Positions 36,692 through 46,502 of a DNA stretch of 64,000 nt are shown one piece after another. The first letter of the stretch is position 1. The number at the start of each line of letters is the position of its first letter. The stretch is from NCBI GenBank assembly GCA_947598325.1, contig CANQFD010000002.1, positions 154,765 to 218,764 on the forward strand, read 5' to 3'. The notes beneath the pieces are model-generated. The model saw only the letters and a program-made list of their open reading frames with translations, made no database searches and was not told the DNA's origin. The translations under genes were made by a program, and so were the position numbers. This DNA is from an uncultured Bacilli bacterium. GTDB taxonomy: Bacteria; Bacillota_I; Bacilli_A; RF39; UBA660.

Positions 36692-37144
36692 TTATTTATG
36701 ATATGATTCATTATTATTAATTTTATATGCTCTATATATTTGTTCTAATAACATAACTCTAAATAACTGATGCGGGAATGTCATTTTTGAAAATGAAAGA
36801 CTAAAATTACTTTTATTTTTTATATCTTCATGTAAGCCATACGATCCACCTATTACAAAACATATATTGCTATAGTTAACAAATATTTCATCAATCTTTT
36901 TTGCAAATTCTAAACTTGATATATTTTTTCCTTCAATATCTAGAGTTATAATATAATCTTTTTCATTTATATACTTTAGTATACTATCTCTTTCTTTTAC
37001 TAATGTTTTAGCAATATCATAGTTTTCATCAGGAAGTTCTATTATATTTATTTTGGTAAATTTATTTATTCTTTTTGTATATTCATCTATTGCATCAATC
37101 AAATACTTTTCTTTTAATTTTCCAATACATATTATTTTTATCAT
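36692..37144 (-). CDS. rlmH: 23S rRNA (pseudouridine1915-N3)-methyltransferase RlmH
   Basis: Contains MIKIICIGKLKEKY...Y.KRI and the C-terminal S.MTFPHQL.R.ML.EQIYRA. Confidence 0.9.
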   Translation of the reverse strand: MIKIICIGKLKEKYLIDAIDEYTKRINKFTKINIIELPDENYDIAKTLVKERDSILKYINEKDYIITLDIEGKNISSLEFAKKIDEIFVNYSNICFVIGGSYGLHEDIKNKSNFSLSFSKMTFPHQLFRVMLLEQIYRAYKINNNESYHK

Positions 37145-37908
37145 ACTTCTATTAACTCCGTATTTTCATTTTGTTTAGCTATTTGTATATTTGAAAAAGA
37201 TATATTATTTTTTCTTAATTCTTCATTAAATGTTTCTATTACTTTTTCCTCAGTATTATTATGTTCACTTATATGAGCAAAAATTATTTTTTTTGTATTA
37301 TTACCAATAAATTTACATAGGTAAGAACTTGCTTGTTTATTTGATAAATGCCCTTTATCACTATTTACTCTTTGTTTTAAGTAATATGGATATGGTCCAT
37401 CCATAAGCATTTTTACATCATGATTGCTTTCTAGTATATAAACGTTATTATTTTTTAATATATCAAAATATTTCTTATTTATATATCCTGTATCAGTTAT
37501 ATATACAAGAGAAGCTGATTCATGTTTTATTATAAATCCTATACTTTCTTCTGCATCATGTGATGTTTTAATAACATTTATTTCTAAATCTTCTATATAT
37601 TCTTTTACTCCATTATATAGTTTATATCTAAAACTACCTATTTCTTTTTCTAATAATGGTAATAATTTTTCTGTTACATATATAACTGGATCATATTTTT
37701 TTATAAATACTTTTAAACCTTTGATATGATCCATGTGGATATGTGTTACTAATATTCCAGATATTTCATTTGCATCTATGTTTATTTTTTGAAGTGTTTT
37801 TTCTATATATGCACATGTTGTGCCTAAATCAATAAGTATTTTTATTTTATTAGTGGTAATTAGTGTTGAGTTTCCCTTACTACCACTTGATAATACACAA
37901 ACTTTCAT
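37141..37908 (-). CDS. MBL-fold metallo-hydrolase (YycJ/WalJ-like)
   Basis: Contains GSKGNS...VTHIHMDHIKG. It lies directly upstream of rlmH, as yycJ does in Bacillus. Confidence 0.8.
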   Translation of the reverse strand: MKVCVLSSGSKGNSTLITTNKIKILIDLGTTCAYIEKTLQKINIDANEISGILVTHIHMDHIKGLKVFIKKYDPVIYVTEKLLPLLEKEIGSFRYKLYNGVKEYIEDLEINVIKTSHDAEESIGFIIKHESASLVYITDTGYINKKYFDILKNNNVYILESNHDVKMLMDGPYPYYLKQRVNSDKGHLSNKQASSYLCKFIGNNTKKIIFAHISEHNNTEEKVIETFNEELRKNNISFSNIQIAKQNENTELIEV

Positions 37909-39389
37909 TATCTATACACACTAAGTGGATTAATTGGTGATCCGCCTCTATATGGTTCTCCTCCTACATATATTCCAAGATGCAAATGTGTTCCTGTTGA
38001 TCTACCTGAATTTCCCATTGTACCTATAACTTGACCTCTTTTTACAGTTTGACCAGATCTTGCGATTACAGACGCCATATGCATATATATTGAATAATAT
38101 CCATCACCATGATCTATAATTGCATATATACCATCTGCTCCTGGATTATTTCCAGTTCTTACTACTACTCCATCTCTTACTGCATAAACAGGTGATCCAT
38201 ATCCACAACCTGATATATCTATACCAGCATGAAGTTTACCCCAACGATATTTAAACTCACTAGTTATTATATATGGTGAAATTGTTGGCCATCCCCACAT
38301 TCCAGATGTTGTTGCTGGTACTCCTCCACCTATATATGCTCCTCCTATATAAGATTTTGTTCCTTTAAGAACAACTTTATTTATAGGTTCTTTTATTACT
38401 TCTACATTAGTTATAATTGCTGGTTGTGCTTCACCATTAACATATTTAACTTTTTGAGTAACCCTTTGAACACCATTAACTCCTTCTGTTTCTGTTTTAG
38501 TTGTACCAACATATAAACTTGAATCTTCCTTTTCTATTGTTTCAAATTGTTTATCCATATCTTCAACAATATGTTTTTCAACAACAATATTTAAAATTGG
38601 ATCAATTAACGCAACACTTACAGTTTGTCCTACACTAAGAAGATTATTACTACTTGTAAATTCTGGATTAACTATTAAAAATTCTTCAACACCAAGGCTA
38701 TTGTTAAAAGCAACTGTTTCAATTGTATCACCAGGTTTTACTACATATTCCTGATCTTTATCCAACGATCCAAATAATAAATACTTAGTTAAAGTTGTTT
38801 CATCTTGAAAAATAAGTTCATCTGTTGAAATATATGATTCTTTTATTGTTACTGTTTGATCTATATAAATATTTTCTATAAGACTCCCTGTTGTTTCAAT
38901 TTTCGCTTGTGTATCATTTTTGTAATCATTTACTTGTTTTGAATCAACAAAAGCATTTAATACTTTTTTAACAGCCTTATCAAATAAATCTTTCTTTAAT
39001 ATATTAATTTTTATCTCTTTACCTTCTGAATCAACAATACTAACTACATACCCCTTTATAGTAAAGCTTTTCTTCTTTTTTATTTTATTATAAATCTGAT
39101 CTTCTGTTAATATAGTTCCTTTGTGTGTAAGACATTTTTCTATATCTATTCCATTTGGAACGTATATTTTTTTTACACCATATTCTTCCTTTAAATCCTT
39201 TTGTTCCCTATTAATATGATTTTCTAAATCCTCTTTGGATTTTATTGCTCCTAATAATTTACCATCAAGATATACTTTATATACCTCTTTAACAGCATCA
39301 TCATTATTTGAATTATATCCAACACCAATTATTAAAAACGAAATTATTAAAGATATCACAACAGGAATATAAGATTTTAACTTATTCAT
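37908..39389 (-). CDS. M23 metallopeptidase with LysM and G5 domains
   Basis: LysM (YVVKPGDTIETVAFNN...VGQTVSV). G5 (TETEGVNGVQRVTQKVKYVNGE...LKGTK). M23 (HAGIDISG, GRSTGTHLHLGI). Confidence 0.8.
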   Translation of the reverse strand: MNKLKSYIPVVISLIISFLIIGVGYNSNNDDAVKEVYKVYLDGKLLGAIKSKEDLENHINREQKDLKEEYGVKKIYVPNGIDIEKCLTHKGTILTEDQIYNKIKKKKSFTIKGYVVSIVDSEGKEIKINILKKDLFDKAVKKVLNAFVDSKQVNDYKNDTQAKIETTGSLIENIYIDQTVTIKESYISTDELIFQDETTLTKYLLFGSLDKDQEYVVKPGDTIETVAFNNSLGVEEFLIVNPEFTSSNNLLSVGQTVSVALIDPILNIVVEKHIVEDMDKQFETIEKEDSSLYVGTTKTETEGVNGVQRVTQKVKYVNGEAQPAIITNVEVIKEPINKVVLKGTKSYIGGAYIGGGVPATTSGMWGWPTISPYIITSEFKYRWGKLHAGIDISGCGYGSPVYAVRDGVVVRTGNNPGADGIYAIIDHGDGYYSIYMHMASVIARSGQTVKRGQVIGTMGNSGRSTGTHLHLGIYVGGEPYRGGSPINPLSVYR

Positions 39390-39409
39390 ATATTACCTCC
39401 TACTTAAAT

Positions 39410-40747
39410 TTATTCTTCTTTTAAATAATTTGAAAATGTACTTGTATTTTTCTTAAACAAAAGCTCTATAGTTGCTGTTGGACCAGTTCTATTTTTAGCA
39501 ATTATAAACTCACTTATACTTATATTTCCATCCATTTTTGCTTCCTTATTATAGTAATCATCTCTATATAGAAATGCTACCATATCAGCATCTTGTTCTA
39601 TAGAACCAGATTCCCTTAAATCACTCATTAACGGTCTTTTATCATCTCTTCCCTCAACCGCACGGGAAAGTTGTGCAAGTGCTATAACTGGAACCCCTAA
39701 TTCCATTGCCATCATTTTTAAACCCCTTGATATTTCTGAAACTTCTTGTTGCCTATTACCTACTGATTTATTTGATCCTGAAATAAGTTGCAAATAGTCA
39801 ATTATAACAATACCAAGTTCATTTTTTGATGCCGAAAGCCTTCTGCATTTACTTCTTATGTCCCCAATAGTAATACCTGGTGTATCATCTATAAAAATAT
39901 TAGTATCAGATAATTGACTAACACCTTCACTTAATTTTTTCCAATCATCATTATCCAACCTACCAGTTCTAAATTTTGTACCTTCTATTTGTGATAGTGA
40001 TGAAAACATACGCATAACTAATTGTTCTGCACTCATTTCTAAGTTAAATAATGCAACTGCTTTTTTTGTAGTTTTAGCTATATTTGTTGCAATATTAAGT
40101 GCTAATGCTGTTTTACCCATTGCAGGTCTTGCAGCTAATATAATAAGCTCGTTTTCATGAAGACCAGAAGTTAGTCTATCAAGTTCACAAAAGCCCGTTG
40201 GAAGACCTGTTATTTCATTCCTTGTTTCAGATAATTTTTCAAGATCAGATTGAGCTTTTGTTACTACTTCTTGTATTTTATGAAATTCTGATGACTTTCT
40301 TTTTTTAATAACGTCAAGTATTTTCATTTCAGCACTATCTAAAATATCATTTATATTTCCATCTTCATTATATGATATATTAGCTATATCATTTGCTACA
40401 TTAATTAATCTTCTAAGTAATGCTTTTTCACGCACAATACTTATATAATAATCAACATTATGTGCGCTTGGAACTGAATTTATTATCTCAACTAAATATT
40501 CAATATTACCTACGCTTGATAGAACTTTATTTTTCTCTAATCTATCTGTCACTATAGTAATATCTATTGGAACTCCCTCATCATTTAATTCTTCTAATAC
40601 ATCAAATATCTTCATATGAGATTCTAAATAAAAATCATCCCTAGATAATTCATCACAAATTTTTTTAAGTGCATATTTAGAAAGAAATGAAGACCCAAGA
40701 ACAGATTGCTCTGCCTCTAAACTATATGGCATATTTCTTTTATTCAT
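39410..40747 (-). CDS. dnaB: Replicative DNA helicase
   Basis: Contains PYSLEAEQSVLGS, Walker A AARPAMGKTA, IIDYLQL and the SRAVE...P..SDLRESGSIEQDAD motifs. Confidence 0.95.
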   Translation of the reverse strand: MNKRNMPYSLEAEQSVLGSSFLSKYALKKICDELSRDDFYLESHMKIFDVLEELNDEGVPIDITIVTDRLEKNKVLSSVGNIEYLVEIINSVPSAHNVDYYISIVREKALLRRLINVANDIANISYNEDGNINDILDSAEMKILDVIKKRKSSEFHKIQEVVTKAQSDLEKLSETRNEITGLPTGFCELDRLTSGLHENELIILAARPAMGKTALALNIATNIAKTTKKAVALFNLEMSAEQLVMRMFSSLSQIEGTKFRTGRLDNDDWKKLSEGVSQLSDTNIFIDDTPGITIGDIRSKCRRLSASKNELGIVIIDYLQLISGSNKSVGNRQQEVSEISRGLKMMAMELGVPVIALAQLSRAVEGRDDKRPLMSDLRESGSIEQDADMVAFLYRDDYYNKEAKMDGNISISEFIIAKNRTGPTATIELLFKKNTSTFSNYLKEE

Positions 40748-40751
40748 TATA

Positions 40752-41195
40752 CTACTCCTTTATTAAGTTTACTTTAATTTTTGCTACAACTTTTGGATGT
40801 AATTCTATTTTAACTTCATATGAACCAAGTGAACTAAGACTAACATCACAACTTATTTTTTTCTTATCGATTTTATAACCTCTTTTGTTTAATTCTTCAG
40901 AAATTTGTTTTGTAGATATAACTCCAAAAGCTTTACCACCTATACCAGATTTTACCTTAAAAGTTATATTACTTTTTTCTAATTTTTCCTTAATGTTGTT
41001 GCATTCTTTTATTTTTAATTCTTCTTTTTTATTTCTATCATTTATTTGATTAGTAAGTATTTCATTACCTCTATTTGTATATTTAATTGCATAGCCATTT
41101 TTTATTAAATAATTTTGTGCATAACCATCTTTAACCTCTTTTATTTCATCTTTTTTTCCCTGTCCTTTTACATCTTTTAAAAATATAACTTTCAT
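40752..41195 (-). CDS. rplI: 50S ribosomal protein L9
   Basis: Contains [31 protein letters not shown]. Confidence 0.95.
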   Translation of the reverse strand: MKVIFLKDVKGQGKKDEIKEVKDGYAQNYLIKNGYAIKYTNRGNEILTNQINDRNKKEELKIKECNNIKEKLEKSNITFKVKSGIGGKAFGVISTKQISEELNKRGYKIDKKKISCDVSLSSLGSYEVKIELHPKVVAKIKVNLIKE

Positions 41196-41341
41196 AAAAT
41201 GACCTTCTTTCTAAAAATAATTATGCATATTTATTATACAACATTTTTAACTTTGTGTCAGTATTTAAGTAAAAGAAAAACACTCTATTTGTTTTTAATA
41301 TTATTATATTTTAAATAGGCATATACTAAATTTTCAAACTC

Positions 41342-41368
41342 AAAAAAAATCAACTAAAAAGTTGATTA
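41342..41368 (-). terminator. Terminator after rpsR
   Basis: Stem aatcaac / gttgatt with a 6-nt loop. On the minus strand it is followed by a T8 run. It overlaps the rpsR stop codon. Confidence 0.5.
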
Positions 41369-41581
41369 TTTTACAAATGGTAATATAGCCATCATACGTG
41401 CTCTTTTTATTTGTTGTGCTACAAATCTTTGATGCTTTGCACAAGTTCCTGTAACTCTTCTTGGTAATATTTTACCTTTTTCATTAATAAATCTACGTAA
41501 ATCTTCTGCATTCTTATAATCTAATTCTTTTCCTGCACATAATTGACATACTTTTTTTCTCTTTCTTCTAAATTCAGCCAA
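41366..41581 (-). CDS. rpsR: 30S ribosomal protein S18
   Basis: Contains KKVC..C......DYKN...LRRFI.E.GKILPRR.TG.CAKHQR. Confidence 0.95.
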   Translation of the reverse strand: MAEFRRKRKKVCQLCAGKELDYKNAEDLRRFINEKGKILPRRVTGTCAKHQRFVAQQIKRARMMAILPFVK

Positions 41582-41608
41582 GATTCACCCTCCTATCTAT
41601 AAATTTAA

Positions 41609-42070
41609 TTAAAATGCTATATCGTCATCACTAATTTCGATTGAATCACCAAAATCAGCAAATACTTCTTCACTCATATCAGTTGTTTTATCACTATCAT
41701 TAGTAAATGCAAAATCTGCTGGAGTTACATCATCAGTTGTTTTATTTTGAGATTGTAATTTTGATTCTAAAAATTGAACATTATCAGCAACTACATCAGT
41801 TGTATATATCCTTTGTCCATCTTTTTCATAACTACCAGTTTGAATTCTACCTTCAACTGCTATTAAGCTTCCTTTTGAAACATACTTTTTAACATTTTCA
41901 GCTTGTTTTCTCCAAACAACAACATTAATAAAATCTGCTTCTCTCTCTCCATTTTGATTTTCAAATGGTCTATTAACTGCTAATGTAAATCTAACATTTG
42001 GCACATTACTAGCAGTATATCTTAATTCTGGATCTCTTGTTATTCTTCCAATTAGTACTACTTTATTCAT
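41609..42070 (-). CDS. ssb: Single-stranded DNA-binding protein
   Basis: Contains [19 protein letters not shown]...[15 protein letters not shown] and the acidic tip DDDIAF. Confidence 0.95.
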   Translation of the reverse strand: MNKVVLIGRITRDPELRYTASNVPNVRFTLAVNRPFENQNGEREADFINVVVWRKQAENVKKYVSKGSLIAVEGRIQTGSYEKDGQRIYTTDVVADNVQFLESKLQSQNKTTDDVTPADFAFTNDSDKTTDMSEEVFADFGDSIEISDDDIAF

Positions 42071-42088
42071 ACAGCACCTACTTCCTGA

Positions 42089-42373
42089 TTATTTATCTAA
42101 TTTTACAATTAAATGACGTATTACTTCTTCACTAATTAATGCTAATCTATCAAATTCATTTATTGCATCAATATCAGATTCAACATTAATTAAAAAATAA
42201 TATCCACTTTTATGATTTTTTATTTCATAAGCTAATTCCTTTTGTCCCATATCTTTAGAACTCAATATTTTAGCACCATGTTTTGTTAATATATCTTCAA
42301 ATTTCTTAGATATCTCCTTAATAGATGCTTCTTCTAAATCAGGTCTTACAATGAATAAAATTTCATATTTCAT
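42089..42373 (-). CDS. rpsF: 30S ribosomal protein S6
   Basis: Contains MKYEILFIVRPDLEE...L.Y.I.....GYY. Confidence 0.95.
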   Translation of the reverse strand: MKYEILFIVRPDLEEASIKEISKKFEDILTKHGAKILSSKDMGQKELAYEIKNHKSGYYFLINVESDIDAINEFDRLALISEEVIRHLIVKLDK

Positions 42374-42380
42374 TTTTTCG

Positions 42381-42419
42381 CCTCCCTCTGGTCTAATGGC
42401 CTAATAAATAGGCAGAGAG
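42381..42419 (-). promoter_or_regulatory. Candidate rpsF 5'-leader hairpin that sequesters the region abutting the SD
   Basis: The minus strand reads CTCTCTGCC-tatttatta-GGCCattagaCCAGAGGGAGG. CTCTCTG pairs with CAGAGGG (one G-U) and GCC pairs with GGC. A TATAAT box lies ~20 nt upstream. Confidence 0.3.
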
Positions 42420-42528
42420 TAAATTAATACTCAGTTTGTATTATAACAAATAGTTTAATTATTGTAAACAAATATTGTTGATTTTTAATGTTAATAATGT
42501 TATACTTTTAATGATTGTGGGTGATGCT

Positions 42529-42789
42529 ATGAAAAAAAAGGTGATTGAATATCTAATAATTCTTTTATTTGTTCCTCTTCTAGCAAGTATAGTAATAGCA
42601 ATAACTACAGACCAAAATAAACTTAATAACATTGAAGAATCCACGGAAATTAGTATTTCAGATTATAATGAAGAAAGTGTTGATAATGAAATTAAAAAAA
42701 GTGATACTTATATATATTTTAGTATTTTTGTATTCGTAACAGTATCAGGTGGAATATTATTTTTTATAAAGAAAGAAAGAGGTATTTAA
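42529..42789 (+). CDS. Small two-TM membrane protein
   Basis: MKKKVIEYLIILLFVPLLASIVIAI... plus a second C-terminal TM. The RBS is weak. Confidence 0.4.
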   Translation: MKKKVIEYLIILLFVPLLASIVIAITTDQNKLNNIEESTEISISDYNEESVDNEIKKSDTYIYFSIFVFVTVSGGILFFIKKERGI

Positions 42790-42812
42790 GAATGTTCTTA
42801 AATACCTTTTTT
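42781..42812 (+). terminator. Terminator of the small membrane-protein gene
   Basis: Stem ggtatttaagaa / ttcttaaatacc followed by tttttt. Confidence 0.5.
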
Positions 42813-43908
42813 ATACATTAAACCTAAATAAACATATATCTCCATCCTGCATTATATATTCCTTGCCTTCAAGTCTCATTTTACCAGCTTCTCTTGCACC
42901 TTTTTCTCCACCTAGTTCTTTGTAATCATTAAATGAAATTACTTCAGCTTTAATAAAACCTTTTTCAAAATCACTATGGATTATACCTGCGCATTCTGGT
43001 GCTTTCATTCCTTTTTTAAATGTCCATGCTTTAACTTCTTTAGGTCCAGCAGTAAAATATGTAGCAAGGCCTAGAAGAGAATATGTAGCCTTTATTAATT
43101 TATCTAAACCACTTTCTTTGATTCCAAGATCCTCTAAAAACATTTTTTTATCTTCCTCTTCAAGTTCACTTAATTCACTTTCAGTTTTAGCACATAACAT
43201 AACAACTTTTGCATTTTCTTTTGTTGCATAATCTTCTACTAATTTGACATAATTATTTCCATTTACAATATCATTTTCTGAAACATTTGCCATATATATT
43301 ATTGGTTTTTTAGTTAATAAATTAAAAGCCTTTAATATTTTTTCCTCATCTTCAGAATATTCTAATCTTCTTGCAGGAATATTTTCCTCAAGTGCAGATT
43401 TAATTCTCTTTAATAAATTTACTTCAAATAATGCTTCTTTATCTTTTGTAGAGATTGCCTTTTTTTCTATTTTACCTATTCTATTTTCAATAACTTCCAT
43501 ATCAGAAAATATTAATTCAAGATTTATAATTTCTATATCTCTAATTGGATCTGTACTACCCTCAACATGAGTTATATTAGCATCATCAAAGCATCTGACA
43601 ACTTCACATATGGCATCAACTTCTCTTATGTGAGATAAAAATTTATTACCTAGTCCCTCTCCTTTTGATGCTCCTTTTACAAGTCCAGCAATATCAGTAA
43701 ATTCAAAGCAAGTTGGTACAACTTTTTCTGGTAATACCATATTTTCTAAAACTTCAAGTCTTTTATCTGGAACTGTAACTACACCGACGTTTGGATCAAT
43801 AGTAGCAAAAGGATAATTAGCTGCTAAAATATTTTTCTTTGTTATTGCATTAAATAATGTTGATTTACCTACATTTGGAAGTCCAACAATTCCTGCAGTT
43901 AAACTCAT
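42811..43908 (-). CDS. ychF: Ribosome-binding ATPase YchF
   Basis: Start moved to the ATG at 43908 (MSLTAGIVGLPNVGKSTLFNA). Contains the C-terminal TGS-like block AGIIHSDFEKGFI.AEV. Confidence 0.95.
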   Translation of the reverse strand: MSLTAGIVGLPNVGKSTLFNAITKKNILAANYPFATIDPNVGVVTVPDKRLEVLENMVLPEKVVPTCFEFTDIAGLVKGASKGEGLGNKFLSHIREVDAICEVVRCFDDANITHVEGSTDPIRDIEIINLELIFSDMEVIENRIGKIEKKAISTKDKEALFEVNLLKRIKSALEENIPARRLEYSEDEEKILKAFNLLTKKPIIYMANVSENDIVNGNNYVKLVEDYATKENAKVVMLCAKTESELSELEEEDKKMFLEDLGIKESGLDKLIKATYSLLGLATYFTAGPKEVKAWTFKKGMKAPECAGIIHSDFEKGFIKAEVISFNDYKELGGEKGAREAGKMRLEGKEYIMQDGDICLFRFNV

Positions 43909-43970
43909 AATAATACCTCTTTTCATATATAAGTATATCATATTATTAATTTTTGTTATATAAAAATTAA

Positions 43971-43995
43971 TAAAAAAAGAAGCAATAAAGCTTCT
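43971..43995 (-). terminator. Terminator after the AbgT-family gene
   Basis: Stem agaagc / gcttct with a 6-nt loop. On the minus strand it is followed by a T7 run. Confidence 0.5.
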
Positions 43996-45508
43996 ATATT
44001 GTTGGATAAACATTAGGTCCTATTGGAGCTCTTAATACATACCAACTTATTATAATAAATAACCATAAAATTGTGATTGCAATGAAATATGGTATTATCA
44101 ATTTATAACATTTCTTTATACTAAAATCATTTCTACTATAAAGTCCAACAAATCCTAAAAATATACAAAAATATGGAAGTAATGGTGTTATCATATTCGT
44201 TGTTGATGAAGCAAGTCTAAATATTGCTCCAGTAAATTCTGGTGTTATATTTGATTTCATAAATACCGGTATTAAGCTTGGAACAAATAAAGTCCATTTT
44301 GTTGAAATAGATGTTAAAAATAAATTAGATAAAGCTACTCCTACAAATGACAATATTATTAATACTATAAAAGAAAATTCATTATATTTTAGAAAATTGA
44401 ATATATTAACTGTAATGACATTACCTATATTAGTATATTTAAATAAAGCAATAAACTGTGATGAAACAAATATTAATAATAACATTTCTCCAATTCCATT
44501 TAAGCTATTACTAAATGCTTTAATAATATCATTATCTGATTTAAATTGTTTTGTTGTAAAGCCATATATTAATCCACATACTATAAACCCTAATGAAACT
44601 ATATACAAAATTCCATTAACAAATGGTGCATTAACACTAAACAATTGATTAACATAAAATTGTTGACTTGAATCTAATAAAGCTCCTGATAAAGGAAGAC
44701 CTGGAATTATAGAATATGTGAATATTATAATCATAATAAATAATGCTATTAAACTATTTTTTAATCCTTTTTTGTCTAATTTACTATTTATTTTAATTTC
44801 CTCTTCACCTATTCTTACAGGTTTAGTCCTTGCCATTATTTCAGTTACTGTAGATATCAAAAGTGCTAATAGTAAAGTAGATACAACTATAAAAAATAAA
44901 TTACCACTATATCCATATTTATAATCAGAATCTATTATATTTACAGATGACTTTGCAAGTTCTATAAGACTATAGTCTAAAGATGTTATAAATAAATTTA
45001 TATTTGCTCCCGCTGCAGTACTAACAAATGCCATAGTCATACCAAGCATTTGACTTCTCTTATATTCAGTAAATAAAATGGCAGCTACTGGTATCATAAT
45101 AACAAATGATAAGTCAGAACTAAATCCCATTACTATACATAACAACGAAAACACAAAAAACATTGTTCTTCTTGGTAATATTTTAGAAACTTTTGAAAAT
45201 AAAGATTTTAAAAAGCCAGTTTTAAGCGCAATACCTATTCCTATTAATCCAATAATAAGTGTCCCAAGTGGCATAAACTTTAAAAAATTATTAATACTTT
45301 CTCCAAAAATAAATTTAAAACCTTCTGCACTTAATAACGATTCAACAGTCACAACAGATGTTGATGATTTTAATGATGATGATATTTCAATGGCAGTTCC
45401 TTGAAAATTAAATAACGATAATATTGCACTTAAAACTATTGTAAGCAATATTAATATCAAAAAAAACCATGTTGGATGTAATCCTTTTTTTCTATTTTCA
45501 ATATCCAT
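43994..45508 (-). CDS. AbgT-family transporter
   Basis: 504-aa polytopic protein. The N-terminus KKGLHPTWFFLILILL resembles the AbgT N-terminal LPHP..LF motif. Confidence 0.6.
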   Translation of the reverse strand: MDIENRKKGLHPTWFFLILILLTIVLSAILSLFNFQGTAIEISSSLKSSTSVVTVESLLSAEGFKFIFGESINNFLKFMPLGTLIIGLIGIGIALKTGFLKSLFSKVSKILPRRTMFFVFSLLCIVMGFSSDLSFVIMIPVAAILFTEYKRSQMLGMTMAFVSTAAGANINLFITSLDYSLIELAKSSVNIIDSDYKYGYSGNLFFIVVSTLLLALLISTVTEIMARTKPVRIGEEEIKINSKLDKKGLKNSLIALFIMIIIFTYSIIPGLPLSGALLDSSQQFYVNQLFSVNAPFVNGILYIVSLGFIVCGLIYGFTTKQFKSDNDIIKAFSNSLNGIGEMLLLIFVSSQFIALFKYTNIGNVITVNIFNFLKYNEFSFIVLIILSFVGVALSNLFLTSISTKWTLFVPSLIPVFMKSNITPEFTGAIFRLASSTTNMITPLLPYFCIFLGFVGLYSRNDFSIKKCYKLIIPYFIAITILWLFIIISWYVLRAPIGPNVYPTI

Positions 45509-45696
45509 TATTTTTCCTCCATTACTTTCTTTATTTTTTTATTAAATTCAACTCTAGGCATCATTATAACTCTTCCACAGTTAATACATTTTATTTTTAT
45601 ATCAACGCCCGTTCTAATTATCTCCCATTCATTAAATCCGCATGGATGTCCTTTCTTCATAATTACCCTAGATCCTATTTCATAATTATTTTTCAT
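45508..45696 (-). CDS. DUF951 (YyzM-like) small protein
   Basis: 62 aa. The segment G.RV.MKKGHPCG.NEWEIIR.G.DIKIKC..CGR fits DUF951. The family sits in the same origin-proximal neighbourhood in Bacillus. Confidence 0.7.
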   Translation of the reverse strand: MKNNYEIGSRVIMKKGHPCGFNEWEIIRTGVDIKIKCINCGRVIMMPRVEFNKKIKKVMEEK

Positions 45697-46492
45697 ATCT
45701 AACCTCTATTTGAGGAAAAGGAATATTTATTTTATTCTTATCTAAAGCAACTTTAATTTCTTTAAGAATTCGTCTTTTAACTACTGCAACATTTTTTGCA
45801 CTACAATTACATGAAAGTCTAAAGATAACAGCTGAATCCCCAAGTGAATCAATTCCATCTAAAATAACATCACTTTTTATTTCTTTTATTTCATCATTTA
45901 ATTTAATACATAATTCACTTAAAACACTTTCTACCTTTTTTAAATCAGTATCATATGATACACCTATGTTAACAGCAACTAAAGAATCAGATAAACTATA
46001 ATTAGTAACTTTACTTATTGTTCTATTTGATATTATACATACTTCACCATTAGATGATTTTATTCTTGTTGATTTTAAACTTAATCCTATTACCTCACCT
46101 TTAAAACCATTAATTTCAACAATTTCTCCAATGGCAAATTGACTTTCAAGTATTATAGCAGCTCCTACTAGAAAGTCTTTTAATAAATCTTGAAATGCTA
46201 AACCTATTACTAAACTTGCTGCTCCAACTCCTGCAACTAATGCTGTTGTATTTACACCAAATATTTGTAATATAATCAAAACTGATATGATAATAGTAAC
46301 TACTTTTATACTATTTTTAACAAGTAAAATAACTGTTTTTCTACTTCTTTGTTCATGCTTCGATAACTTTTGATTAATTTTTATTTTTTTTGTAACTATA
46401 CTATTAAGAAATATGTTAAATATTAAAACTACTATTATAACTATTATAGGTAAATATATTTTTTCTGATATTTGTAAACCCAATATATTCAT
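45686..46492 (-). CDS. Small-conductance mechanosensitive channel (MscS family)
   Basis: Three TMs, then LKDFLVGAAIILESQFAIGEIVEINGFKGEVIGLSLKSTRIKSSNGEV..I.N. Confidence 0.8.
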   Translation of the reverse strand: MNILGLQISEKIYLPIIVIIVVLIFNIFLNSIVTKKIKINQKLSKHEQRSRKTVILLVKNSIKVVTIIISVLIILQIFGVNTTALVAGVGAASLVIGLAFQDLLKDFLVGAAIILESQFAIGEIVEINGFKGEVIGLSLKSTRIKSSNGEVCIISNRTISKVTNYSLSDSLVAVNIGVSYDTDLKKVESVLSELCIKLNDEIKEIKSDVILDGIDSLGDSAVIFRLSCNCSAKNVAVVKRRILKEIKVALDKNKINIPFPQIEVRYEK

Positions 46493-46502
46493 ATAAACAC
46501 TC

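Noticed and set aside
42459-42644. 61-aa minus-strand ORF
   Set aside because: It overlaps the rpsF promoter/leader region and the plus-strand small membrane-protein ORF. No RBS. The plus-strand ORF at least has two clear TMs and a terminator.
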